Positions 25,011 to 36,959 of a stretch of 64,000 nt of DNA are shown here, in pieces. Position 1 is the stretch's first letter; each line of letters starts with the position of its first letter. The DNA comes from Mustelus asterias. Taxonomy: Eukaryota. Where the stretch lies: contig NW_027590119.1 in the NCBI RefSeq assembly GCF_964213995.1, positions 682,001-746,000 of the forward strand, read 5' to 3'. The notes beneath the pieces were generated by a model that worked only from the letters and a program-made list of their open reading frames with translations, did no database searches and was not told the origin of the DNA. The position numbers and the translations under genes were made by a program.

Positions 25011-25576
25011 ATCTTAAATACAAACGGTAGGCAAATGATGAATGTAAAATTTAAGGGTGATTTTTTAATGCACATATCCACAGATTAACTCTCCAAATGT
25101 ACAATGAACAGACAAACACATTGAGAAGCTGAATTAAGCTCATGATCTATTTCCACCATAAAGAAGCACAGATCGGAAATTACATCCCAAGTCTTAAACA
25201 ACAACATTTACAGTTTATAGATCAGTAACCATCTGTGAAAACAATCATTGATCAGTGAACGTTCCTCGATATCAGTCATAACATTCTTCAATAAGGGATA
25301 GTGGCAAATAGTTCAAAAATGAACTGATACTCAATTAAACATCTTCAGTGTTTTCTGACATGGACTGTCCAAGGAATATCAATAAAGATCAGGTGTGAAA
25401 ATAGTTACGGAGATCGGTTACTGAGTGTCCTGAATTTAACAGTAGATACACATTGAAAATTAAATTCGAGATTAAATGAACAGCTTAAAAAGGAGAACGG
25501 GGCACATAAAAATAACAATAAGATCACCTGGATAAATAAAGTAATCTAATTTCAGTTCCTGGTCTCCGTCCCCTAG

Positions 25577-25704
25577 ACTCCACCGACCGCGTCTGGATTG
25601 ACGACAATGACGATGATAACAGCAACATCTGGACAACCGCTTCTACATTCATCGTGCTGTTCTTCCTGAGCATTTTCTACAGCACTGCCGTCACTCTGGT
25701 GAAG
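25577..25704 (+). CDS. IGHM: IgM transmembrane exon TM1
   Basis: CCCTAG|AC; (D)[42 protein letters not shown] with the conserved antigen-receptor TM motif; donor AAG|GTGAGA. Confidence 0.95.
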
Positions 25705-25845
25705 GTGAGATGATTCAATTCACTCACATTTCAAATTGGCAGAATGGATTTGAAAAAAATTCTCAATGTTTCGCTGATTAAAAACTCTAACATTAATGTC
25801 CCGCATCATCAACATCTGCTTCATTATTGTATCTTTCTTTTACAG

Positions 25846-25854
25846 ATCAAATGA
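25846..25854 (+). CDS. IGHM: IgM exon TM2 (IK*)
   Basis: Polypyrimidine TCTTTCTTTTACAG|ATC AAA TGA; AATAAA at 26308. Confidence 0.85.
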   Translation: MK

Positions 25855-27304
25855 TGGGTTGAATTTTGGAAGCTGCAGATTTCCTGCAGCTGATTATCAA
25901 GATCTCTGTATGGATCAAATACAATATCTGCTCTCGGTGACTCTATCAGTAAAATTCTCTCAGTTTATCATTCTGAATCTGTAACTGAGGCAATTATAGA
26001 CGTGAATTCAGTTTTCAGTGTGAAATGTACGAGGCATTTTTTGTTATAATGTAATTGTGATTAATAGTTTCCCCGTAGTTTAAAGATCATGTATAAATAA
26101 GAAACTTTTCTCATTCCTTATTCACATTTGATAATTCCTCTTTCTATTAAGATCCTGTTTTCTCTTTCTGGTGTATGTAACAGATGTACAGATACTGACG
26201 GATTCCCTGTGCATCTGTTCTGTTCTCAATGTGAAGCTCGATCGTTATGTTCACTTTTCTAACTTTAAAAAAATAATGTTGCTGTAAAATATTCTCTGAA
26301 TTTTTAAAATAAATATTGAATGAAATTTTAACCATCTCTGGCTTGGCTTAATTCCGTTCTCCAAAACACATCAACTCCGCCCCATTTTCCCCATTACACG
26401 GTTTCCCCTCTTTCCCAGACAGGGATTTTCCCCAGTCATATGTGGGACGTGGTTGAACTCAATGCCCTTTCGTGAAAGAGTCACTGCGCCACCCAGTGAC
26501 CCATCCGTGTAAATACACCTTCATCGCTGCCTTTTTATGATAAAATCCAGATACAGAATGAATGAATAATGAGGAGAACCGCGGTGATTTCAAGCATAAA
26601 CTGGTCTGTCACTGACGAGTTTCAGGTAATTCTAAACAGCAAAAGGCTCATTCATTAGAGGCCGATGCAGGACAGTGTGTGGCAGAAGATAGTTTCCTAT
26701 ACACTGTCCCTTAAAAACAGTATCAGTGTCGCTGCAGCGTGGGTTAACAGAGTGTATCTCTCTATATATCGTCCGATGAAATACTTCGCAGGCAGGCAAA
26801 CCACAAGCTAGATAGAGAACACATACAGAACAGATGTGCAAACCATGGGGTGAAACCAAGAGAATGAGGTGTATTTCACATAAGCACATCATCGATTGCA
26901 AATTTCCAAATTATGACTAATGTTGTGGGATAATTTGAGATGACCAATACTGTCGTTAACTACAGACAATATAAAACTCACGAGGCAGGTATCTCTGTGT
27001 GAGGAGGTCAAAATGAACATTCCCACCGGCTCATATCCAAAACTGGATAGACACGTGATCCTGAGTCCCAGTACGATCTGTTCTATGTCTAAACATTGAA
27101 TGTCCCCATTCATAAAGTTGCAAAATGTGTTCCCTCGCCAGAAACTTTCAGATATTAATTCTGCAACTACTAAGGTTCCCAGGCCATTGGCTCTCAACTC
27201 TTCGATTTGTCATCATACCGTACAGTGACTTGCTTTTGGTTGAAATGAACAATAATTCATTCAATACATGAATTACATTTAAAATATGAGCATATATGTT
27301 TTAT

Positions 27305-27705
27305 AATGGTCGGCTTATGATGAAAGTGAGGAGGTGTGGGATAGAGGGAAAGTTGGCCGATTGGATAGGTAACTGGCTGTCTGATCGAAGACAGAGGGTG
27401 GTGGTGGATGGAAATTTTTCGGATTGGAGGCAGGTTGCTAGCGGAGTGCCACAGGGATCAGTGCTTGGTCCTCTGCTCTTTGTGATTTTTATTAATGACT
27501 TAGAGGAGGGGGCTGAAGGGTGGATCAGTAAATTTGCTGATGACACCAAGATTGGTGGAGTAGTGGATGAGGTGGAGGGCTGCAAAGAGACATAGATAGG
27601 ATGCAAAGCTGGGCTGAAAACTGGCAAATGGAGTTTAACCCTGATAAATGTGAGGTGATTCATTTTGGTAGGTCTAATTTAAATGTGGATTATAGGGTTA
27701 AAGGC
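27305..27705 (+). mobile_element. CR1 LINE RT fragment
   Basis: [20 protein letters not shown]...FADDTK. Confidence 0.9.
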
Positions 27706-28432
27706 CTTTCCATCCACCTCCATCTCACCATGTTCTTCCACAGGTTGTGGATGATATGAGCATCTCCTGGGGATTCTGGTCTGGTCCTTTGTATTTTCCG
27801 ACATGCCTGAATCTGAGATCTTTTCATTCTAATGTCCTGGAGTTCAGCCCTGAGATTTGAGTTGCTGACCTGTCATATCAACTTCAGAGAGAGAAGGATG
27901 AACGGCCAGCATGCGAGTTCAGAAGACCTTCTCTGAATGGATCCAGTTGAAAATTAAAGTTTATTTCTGCTCGAATCTCTATTACTCACCATGTCTGCCG
28001 CCCCACGCAGCCAAGGGCTGACCCTCCCTCTCTCTTTTACTTTTACCTTCAGTGGTCTGACTCCCCATCTCAATGTACTTTCCCCAAGATCGGAAGGTCT
28101 CACGTTGGTCAGGGCGACCGTTTCTTTTCTAACGCATGCTCTACTGACTTTGGGATTGAGTGATTGGATAATGTAGAGGGAGATTTGTATTGCATCACAC
28201 CTATACCATACCTGTCCTATAATGTGACACCAGATTGTAGAGAGAGGTTTTAATTCTATCTGTGCTTAACCTTTGGACTTAATAACACGCTTTGCTGATA
28301 ACCAGTAAGCACACACACACACTACACACACATACATTTTAGTTGTTATGAGTCTTTGCTGGTTGGGTCGATGAAAAGATTCTATTCACAACAAATTATT
28401 AATACAACTTTATGAAAGATGGAAGTATTCAT

Positions 28433-29422
28433 ATAAGAACAAAGAACAAAGAACAATACAGCACAGGAACAGGCCCTTCGGCCCTCCAAGCCCGCGCCGC
28501 TCCCTGGTCCAAACTAGACCATTCTTTTGTATCCCTCCATTCCCCCTCCGTTCATGTGGCTATCCGGATAAGTCTTAAACGCTCCCAGTGTGTCCGCCTC
28601 CACCACCTTGCCCGGCAGCGCATTCCAGGCCCCCACCACCCTCTGTGTAAAATACGGCCTTCTGATATCCGTGTTAAACCTCCCCCCGCCCTCACCTTAA
28701 ACATATGACCCCTCGTGAACGTCACCACCGACCTGGGAAAAAGCTTCCCACCGTTCACCCTATCTATGCCTTTCATAATTTTATACACCTCTATTAGGTC
28801 ACCCCTCATCCTCCGTCTTTCCAGTGAGAACAACCCCAGTTTACCCAATCTCTCCTCATAACTAAGCCTTTCCATACCAGGCAACATCCTGGTAAACCTC
28901 CTCTGTACTCTCTCTCAAGCCTCCACGTCCTTCTGGTAGTGTGGCGACCAGAACTGGACACAGTATTCCAAATGCGGCCGAACCAACGTTCTATACATCT
29001 GCAACATCAGACCCCAACTTTTATACTCTATGCCCCGTCCTTTAAAGGCAAGCATGCCATATGCCTTATTCACTACCTTCTCCACCTGTGACGTCACCTT
29101 CAAGGATCTGTGGACTTGCACAACCAGGTCCCTCTGCGTATCTACACCCTTTATGGTTCTGCCATTTATCGTATAGCTCCCCCCTACTTTAGTTCTACCA
29201 AAATGCGTCACTTCGCATTCATCTGGATTGAACTCCATCTGCCATTTCTTTGCCCAAATTTCCAGCCTATCTATATCCTTCTGTAGCCTCTGACAATGTT
29301 TCTCACTATCTGCAAGTCCAGCCATTTTCGTGTCGTCCGCAAACTTACTGATCACCCCAGTTACACCTTCTTCTAGATCGTTTATATAAATCACAAACAG
29401 CAGAGGTCCCAATACAGAGCCC
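28433..29422 (-). mobile_element. 5'-truncated CR1 LINE
   Basis: ORFs 28915-29442 and 28552-28887 ([28 protein letters not shown]) plus tail. Confidence 0.92.
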
Positions 29423-30025
29423 GATATGAATAAAAGAAACACGCATTATGACACTGAATGCAACCTGAAACCATTAATCGCAGACGTTATGCAAATAAGC
29501 AACAGTTCCAAATGGGAGAAGAAAGGATAAGAAGAGAGCAGTAATAATAAACCAGCATTAATAATCATTCTATAAAATATCATGTCGCAATATTTGCATA
29601 GAAAGGAAGAGGCTTTCGACTGGATTCCACTGGATGGCGCTCCAGGACTTTAGATGTGGCCAAAAATATCCGATAGCATCAGTTTATTGGTACCACAGGT
29701 GACAGTTGGGATTGCAGGAAATATCGTTGCCTGGAGGCAACACTTCATACGACAGAGCATTTAAAGGAGGAGCTTGCATCCAAATTGCAGGCTTTATGAT
29801 AAAGGAGATTTAGACAGTGAACCTTCTTGTATTCATTCGTGTATTCAAAGTTCAAAGGATTTGATCAAACATGAGTTCATTCTTATTGTCAAGTCCGTGT
29901 GTGTGTGTGTGTGTGTGTGTGTGGAGAGAGGGTGGATGGTAAATCATCAGCTCGTTACACCAGCTGACACTCCAAGGAGTTCATCTTCAGATGCAGACGT
30001 TTGTTCAGCTATTAATTAAACTCAG

Positions 30026-30157
30026 ATGTGGAGATGCCGGCGTTGGACTGGGGTAAGCACCGTAAGAAGTCTCACAACACCAGGTTAAAGTCCAACAGGT
30101 TTATTTGCTACCAAATAAACCTGTTGGACTTCAACCTGGTTTTGTGAGACTTCTTAC
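30026..30157. mobile_element. Penelope-derived terminal-repeat fragment (internally inverted)
   Basis: GGAGATGCCGGCGTTGGACTGGG...CCAGGTTAAAGTCCAACAGGTTTATTTG then its inverse; same family as 38975-39380. Confidence 0.65.
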
Positions 30158-30339
30158 ATTGATTAAACTCAGGACAGAGCTAGCGACTGTATTAGTTATT
30201 TTTATTTTATACCTTGGTGCTTTGGCTTCAGTCATAATTGAATCAGAATACATAATTATTTTTTATGCAAGAACATACTTCAATGGTGGCTATCTTACCC
30301 AGCATTCACAGTGAATCAGAATATGATCTATACTTACAA

Positions 30340-30665
30340 CAGACTTTGCGCATGCGTACTGTAGATCTAAAGTGCATGCGCAGTGGATGTTGCTGCCGCA
30401 GCAGCAGCAAGGGAGTTATATCGGCTCCGGGTTTCCAGGGAAACGGCTTATTCTGGAGGGTAATGGAGGCGGCGGGGTGGGTGGAGAGGGTTCATAAGCA
30501 CCCAGTGGAGACAGGAGAACCCGAATAATAACTGCTCAGTGCCGCGTTCCTACCATTCGAGTCCGCGACCGCAGATGCCGAGTTGGAGGCCCCGAGTTGA
30601 CGGAGGGCATCTTTCTCGGGGCGATGGGCAATAGTGCGCATGCGCGGTGCTCCCTGCCAGCAGGA
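30340..30665. promoter_or_regulatory. CpG-rich promoter-like patch with NRF1-type motifs
   Basis: TGCGCATGCG at about 30347, TGCATGCGCA at about 30373, TGCGCATGCGC at about 30635; a decayed ZNF-type acceptor exon follows at about 30830. Confidence 0.55.
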
Positions 30666-31059
30666 GGAGAGAATGTTGTGAATTTCTCTCCTGGACTGAC
30701 AGGGATGGACTTTGGAAACTCCTTTTACAGGGAGTGAGAAGGGGAGGATTTACACACAGAAAACTCAACCCAAGAGAAATGTTTCTCACTTAATTTCTAT
30801 TCTTGACTGACAGTGATGATTTTTTTTACAGGAAATTTGATGACAAAATTTGAAGGGAAACTCAAACCAGACATCAGATCAAAACCTGCCAGAGTCACTC
30901 CATTCATCAGAACCTGATTGTAAGTGTGTCTGTAGAAAAAGATTCAAACATCTGTGTGACTGGAAATAGGGAACGATAATGTCATGGAAGGATTTGCAAA
31001 AAAAGATGCAATGTTTTAAATTGAGTTGTTTAACCAGGAGCCTGTGTGGGTCAGTGTTT

Positions 31060-31298
31060 TAAAGTTTATTTATTAGTGTCACAAGTAGGCTTAGCCTACA
31101 TTAACACAGCAAGTTGCTGTAAAATTCCCCGAGTTGCCACACTCCGGCACTTGTTCGGGTCAATGCACCTAACCAGCAAGCCTTTCTGACTGTGGGAGGA
31201 AACCCATGCAGACATGGGGAGAACGTGCAGACTCCACACACACAGTCACCCAAGCCATGAATTGAACCCACTGTGACGCAGCAATGCTAACCACTGCA
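31060..31298 (-). mobile_element. V-SINE
   Basis: Reverse strand GTGTGGAGTCTGCACGTTCTCCCCATGTCTGCATGGGTTTCCTCCCACAG. Confidence 0.75.
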
Positions 31299-31599
31299 GC
31301 CCCATGGTGAGGACATGGTGATGGGTGAGTGTGTGGGACTTGATGCAGAGGACAGGGGTTTATATACACCAAAGTTTTTCATGGGTTAAATGAGGGACAC
31401 TGACAGTCAAGTCTAAAGAAAATAAAGGAATGAATGAAAGTTCTAGAAACCTCAGCTGAGACAGGGATTTAGCGAAACTCAAGTTGGTAATGAATAGATG
31501 TCCGGTCAAGTCAAGAGGGAATGCATGAAATTTTCAGAAACAATACTAATATTCTGATGCAGCGAATGGTAATGACCTGAAACTCTACGTTCTAAAAAA

Positions 31600-32045
31600 C
31601 TCAATCAAATTTGTGAGACATGATTTTCCACTCACAAAGCTATGCTGTCCCTAATCAGTCCTTGCGTCTTTAAATGCCTGTAGATCCTGTCTCTCAAAAT
31701 ACCTTCGAGCAACTTACCCACTACAGATGTGAGGCTCACCCACCGGCTTGTAGTTCCCAGGCTTTTCCCTGCAGCCCTTCTTAAACAAAGGCACAACATT
31801 TGCCACCCTCCAATCTTCAGGCACCTCACCTGTGACTATCGATGATTCAAATATCTCTGCTAGGGGACCCACAATTTCCTCCCTAGCCTTCCAAAATGTC
31901 CTGGGATACACTTCATCAGGTCCCAGGGAATTATCTCCCATGATGCACTTTAAGACTTCCAGCACCACCTTCTCTGTTATATGTACACTCCTCAAGACAT
32001 CACTATTCATTTCCCCAAGTTCCCTAACATCCATGCTTTTCTCAC
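31600..32045 (-). mobile_element. CR1 LINE ORF2 internal fragment
   Basis: GPDEVYPR...VPEDWRVANVVPLFKKG...PGNYKPV; a + strand paralogous piece lies at about 32460-32715. Confidence 0.85.
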
Positions 32046-32049
32046 CAAT

Positions 32050-32457
32050 GGATTTCTCAAAGGATTGTGAATGAAGTCCAGTCCATTGCGCAAACCTGCC
32101 TCCCATCCATTGACTCTGTACACATCCGGCTGCCTCGGAAAAGCAGCCAGCATAATCAACCCTCACACCCCGGACGTTCACTCTTCCACCTATTTCCGTT
32201 GGGGAAATGAAACAAAAGTCTGAGCTCACGTGCCAACCAACTCAAGAACAGCTTCTTCCCTGTTGCCATCAGACTTTTGAATGGACCTACCCCGCACTAA
32301 GTTGATCTTTCTGTCCACCTGAGCTATGACTGTAACACTACATCCTTCACTCTCTCCTTTCCTTCTCTATAAACTGTATGCTTTGTCTTGATAGTGTGCA
32401 AGAAACATTTCTTTTCACTGTATACTAATACATGTGACAATAATAAATCAAATCAAG
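32050..32457 (+). mobile_element. Rex1/Babar-like LINE 3' end
   Basis: CTCAAGAACAGCTTCTTCCCTGTTGCCATCAGACTTTTGAAT (LKNSFFPVAIRLLN) and (AAATC)n tail; related copies at about 43990-44340 (-) and 56710-56950 (+). Confidence 0.7.
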
Positions 32458-33319
32458 TGCATCCTTGGATCTTGTGGGAGTTTGGGGAACTTGGGGAAGA
32501 AATTGCAGAGGGCCTTGCAGAAGTATTTGCTTCATCCTTTTCCACTGGCAAAGTTCTGGAAGACTAGAGTGTGACTAATGTTGTTCCATTGTTTAAGAAG
32601 GGCTGCAAAGAGAAGCCTGGTAATTACAGGCCGGTGAACCTGACACCAGTGGCGGGTAAGTTACTGGAGAGGATTCTGGCCAACCTTTGGATAATCAAGA
32701 TCCGGTTAGGGATAGTTGTCAGAGATCCTGGGTACCAGCAACTTTAGGCATTCTTAGTCGACTTGAGTACAAACAGCACTGGACACCACGCACAATCCAA
32801 TGTGGGGCCTTTAATGACTTGTGCACAAGGAGAAACCCTGTGCAGCTGTCCCGCAAGTGGTTCTGATGTTACAGAAAAATAACTTGGCAATAATAGTCAA
32901 TTACAGCAAATCAGAAACCAGGAATTTTTCTAATCCTTCATTGACGGACATATTCGCCAATTAAATCCTAGCTTTTCGCCCTTTCGCGTTCAAAATTGAC
33001 TTCTGCTAATCTTTTATTTGCATAGCATATCCCCATATCTCGCCTTTGGTATTTGTTATGGAGAAATCTGGTCTTGCTCACCCTCTGGTGAAGGCCGAAA
33101 AGCAGAATGTTATGGGGCCTACGTCGGTGAAGATTAGCCTGTTCATGCTGAAATAGCAGACACTGACTCCTTTGAAGGTCTGCAAGTCGATAAACATTTT
33201 CACTCGCTGTTAAAGAGAAGGCAGGAAACTTCAATCTAAGCATTTCCACACAGTCAGCCCTGCTTCGTGCATGTGTTAGAGTGGGCCAAGGCTGAGGCAG
33301 CTGTCCTATATATATTTAT

Positions 33320-33500
33320 AGAGAGAGAATAGACTAACATTTCGAGTCTGGATGACCCTTTGTCAGAACTCTGATGAAGGGTCATCCAGACTTTAAATGT
33401 TGGCTCTATTCTCTCTCCACAGATGCTGTCAGACCTGCTGACATTTTCCAGCATTTTCTGTTTTTGTTTCAGATTCCAGCATCCGCAATATTTTGCTTTT
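33320..33500. mobile_element. Palindromic Penelope-type repeat with two degenerate hammerhead cores
   Basis: TTCGAGTCTGGATGACCCTTTGTCAG / CTGATGAAGGGTCATCCAGACT inverted pair; related copies at about 47895, 48155, 49386 and 58640. Confidence 0.6.
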
Positions 33501-34554
33501 ATATATATTTATATATCCAAATGTGCTATGTTAACAAAATGGGCAGTTACTAACCGAAATATAAAGCATCATGTGATTTAGCTGACTTGACCATATTCCT
33601 ATAGTTATTCAGTCATTAAAGACACAGTCATGGAGCATTAAACTTGCCTCGCAGGGCCCCTCGTATCAGCACACAGGCAGCTGCTTTGTGAGACTGCGAG
33701 CAGCACAGACAAGTCAGAGATAAGAGTGTCTTGAGAAGAGAGATTCATTGTGAAGGCTCAGGGACGGTTGATAAGATGTATTAATTCTATGATTCTCATG
33801 AACATTTTTTCCTCTCTCATTCCCAAAAGCTGTGAATCTCCATCCCACACACTCTCCCTCCATTCTCACTCTGCTGTATCTAATATTCACCCTCCCAATT
33901 CTCCTGAAGGTGCTGATTGAGGCTGATTGACAGATCCACGCTCACTGCTTCATGTCCACGACTCAGAAATCATAACAGGAGCTGCAGTTGGCCATTCAGC
34001 CCATCGAACTGCCTCAACCATTCATTGAGAATTGGCTGATCTACCGCAGCATCATTTCCCACGCTATCCCCCAGATAGAGAGAGAATACAGCCAATGTTT
34101 CGAGTCTGGAGAGAGGAAAGAATGTTCCGTAGAAACTAGAATTGTCTGTTCTGAATTTCTATCCTGTACTGACACTGATGATCTCTGTAAACTTGTTTTA
34201 CAGGATACTGAAAGAGGAATCACAGGCCGAAATCTCAAACGTCACATCTAGATCTGACAGAGTCATGTTCCTTGGGACCTGAATATCATCGGCCTTTGTA
34301 TCTTGAAGGAGAAATTGTTGTCTGGTCTGTCAGTTTGAAAAGATTTCCAACATCAGTGTGACTGGAAAAGCACCAACACACTGTCACACTCGAGTGAGAG
34401 TCTTCCAGTTCACAGACTCAAGAGCTTTAACCAGTTACACAGACTGAATAAATATCACACCATTCACAGTGGGGAGAGACTGGACACGTGTTGTGTGTGT
34501 GGACGAGGCTTCAACTGATTGTCCACCCAAGAGAGAGGCAGGGACACCTGCACC

Positions 34555-35145
34555 ATGGAGAAACCATGGAAATGTGCGGACTGTGGGAAGGGACACGGAG
34601 CCCCTTCAGAGCTGGAAGTTCATCGGCGCAGCCACACTGGGGAGAAGCCATTCACCTGCTCTCAGTGTGAGAAGGGATTCAGTCAGTTATCCAACCTGCA
34701 GAGACACCAGCGAGTTCACACTGGGGAGAGACTGTTCACCTGCTCTCAGTGTGAGAAGGGATTCAGTCAGTTATCTGGCCTGCAGGCACACCAGCGAGTT
34801 CACACTGGGGAGAGGCCTTTCACCTGCTCTCAGTGTGGGAAGGGATTCACTCATTTATCCACCCTGCGTAGACACCAGCGAGTTCACACTGGGGAGAGGC
34901 CGTTCACCTGCTCTCAGTGTGGGAAGGGGTTCAGTCAATTATCTGACCTGCAGATACACCAGCGAGTTCACACTGGGGAGAGGCCGTTCACCTGCTCTCA
35001 GTGTGGGAAGGGATTCAAAGTTTCATCCCGGCTGCTGAGACACCAGCGAGTTCACACTGGGGAGAGACCGTTCTCCTGCTCTGCGTGTGAGAAGATATTC
35101 AGTCTTTCATCCCATCTGTTGAGACACCAAAAAGTTCACGAGTGA
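34555..35145 (+). CDS. C2H2 zinc-finger protein, 7 fingers, no KRAB
   Basis: Kozak CACCATGG; MEKPWKC then 7 CxxC-HxxxH fingers with TGE(K/R)PF linkers; exon acceptor TTTTACAG|GATA at 34204. Confidence 0.88.
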   Translation: MEKPWKCADCGKGHGAPSELEVHRRSHTGEKPFTCSQCEKGFSQLSNLQRHQRVHTGERLFTCSQCEKGFSQLSGLQAHQRVHTGERPFTCSQCGKGFTHLSTLRRHQRVHTGERPFTCSQCGKGFSQLSDLQIHQRVHTGERPFTCSQCGKGFKVSSRLLRHQRVHTGERPFSCSACEKIFSLSSHLLRHQKVHE

Positions 35146-36429
35146 TTCCAGGGGTTGGATTCTGCTGTTATTGTTTCTGCTCTCAATTACATCCAGGACT
35201 GCATTTTGTTCATTCTCACAGTTGGTCAATGGGGAGGGTCAGAGGGTTTCTTTCTGCTGGACTGGCCGGTCTCACGACTTTGTCTCCAGTGGCTGATGCT
35301 CTTTGAGTCTTGTTGCGAATACCTGGTTTCAGATTTCACACGGATCACAGAGTGACAGGGTGTGAGGAAGTTCAGAGTCACTATTTCTGTTTGAAACCTC
35401 CCAATGCCCATCCAATTTCCTTTGTAATTGTTTATTGTCTCCACTTCCTCCACCCTCGTAGGCAGCGAGTTCCAGGTCATTACCATTCGCTGCATCAAAA
35501 TATTCTTCCTCACATCCCTTCTGCATCTCTGACCCAAAACCATAAATCTGTGTCCCCCTCGTCCTTGTCCCATCAGCTAATGGGAACAGCTTTTCTTCGT
35601 CCACCTTATCTAAACCTGTCAGAATCTTGTCCACCTCTATCAAATCTCCCCTTAACCTCCGTTGCTCCAAGGGGAACAACCCCAGCCTGACATTGACAAT
35701 AAAGAACAAACCAGCAGAATATGTTAATACCTGAAATCAAATGGGAATGTTTAATTTCTGTTTTAAAGAAATCATGAATATATTGTCACGTAGAATAAAG
35801 GGATTTGAATAACTCAGCTTGAGTGCAGTTGAAAGAAATGTACCAATCTCGTATCCACCCACAGTCGAGAGGAAGTGTGGAATGTGTCGCTGGAAATCCC
35901 TCCCTAACAGCACTGTGGGTGTACTTACACCTGAGGCATGATAGCAGTTCAGGAAGGCAGTGTTGGGGTTGACCATGTCCGAGGCAGCTACATACAGCCA
36001 CATATTCTGTTAGAATTGACGGACAGCAGATTGAATGTGAGGCATTGTGGGACATGACTATCTTGACCACATTCCTGTGACTGCTCAGTTTCTGCAATCA
36101 TGAACCATTAAAGCTGCTTAGCAGGGCCCCAACAGAGGACCTGGTGAGAATATTTACTCAGAATGAGTTAGAATTAAACTTATTCCAGGACCGGCTGGTG
36201 TTCAGTGGCTGAGATTCCTGAATCTGTAAAAAGGGGGTCTGACCAATCAACAAACAGTGGTCAGTAGTTAGTTAAGAAGCGTTCTCATCCATTGTTTAAA
36301 TTATTTTATCATAAATTTGTGATCAGAACTGTGAGGGACTTGTAACCCAATAGTTGTTGAATTGACGGTAAACTCCAAGTAGCACTGGACTGAAAAGGGG
36401 GTCTGACCAAGAAGTGAAGTAACCTCAGG

Positions 36430-36725
36430 CATTGTTTAAATTACATCATCATTGGCCAACTTCCCCTTTGTGATGTCACAATGGAGTCCTGCCTGAATCA
36501 GCCAATAGGAATCACTGTGCTCCGCAGTGCGCAGGCCCGGGCGCGCGGACCCGGGAGCCCCGCCCCCACCCATTGTTCCCCTCCCCCTGCACCACATCGA
36601 GCCAAGGTTTCCAGGCAACCGGCTGGCGGCTCCGGACAGAGCGAGAAGCTGCTCGGTGATCTCCCCCTCCCCCCGGCCCGGGACTGCGCATGTCCAAGGG
36701 AGGGGGAAGCTGCGCATTGCAGGGC
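36430..36725. promoter_or_regulatory. CpG-rich promoter-like patch
   Basis: CCAAT boxes, TGATGTCA, TGCGCA repeats and GC box in a GC-rich island; target gene not evident. Confidence 0.4.
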
Positions 36726-36886
36726 AGATCCCACCCCCTGACCTTCTGAGGTGTTGATTAATAGGAAGAGTTGGAGGACCGGAAGGACTCTGGTCCTCCA
36801 GCTGATCAGAGCGCGGGCTTTGTGTGAATGAAGATTGAGCTTCAGACAGATTGACACTTCCTCCTGTCTCCAACATCAGAGAGGTT

Positions 36887-36959
36887 GTTTCTGTAGTGAA
36901 GTGGTTGTCACATTTGCCTGACACGCGAAAGGTCCCCGGGTCAGAACCGGGCAGAAATG
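36887..36959 (+). pseudogene. tRNA-Val-derived gene, anticodon GAC, likely pseudogene
   Basis: GTTTCTGTAGTGAAGTGGTTGTCACATTTGCCTGACACGCGAAAGGTCCCCGGGTCAGAACCGGGCAGAAAT; damaged T-loop/B-box. Confidence 0.8.

Noticed and set aside
18734-25854. IgW or IgNAR identity, or a germline-joined gene
   Set aside because: Four C exons including a CH1 with the light-chain Cys, a mu-type tailpiece, a conventional VH with full FR2/CDR2 and separate RSS-flanked segments indicate ordinary IgM.
26400-27200. Hydrophobic minus-strand ORFs 3' of TM2 as a receptor pseudogene or extra Ig exon
   Set aside because: No recognisable motif or Ig Cys/Trp pattern in the frames I read; many stops.
32718-33256. Possible solo LTR (also 36100-36420)
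   Set aside because: No second copy, target-site duplication or internal retroviral sequence could be confirmed by eye.
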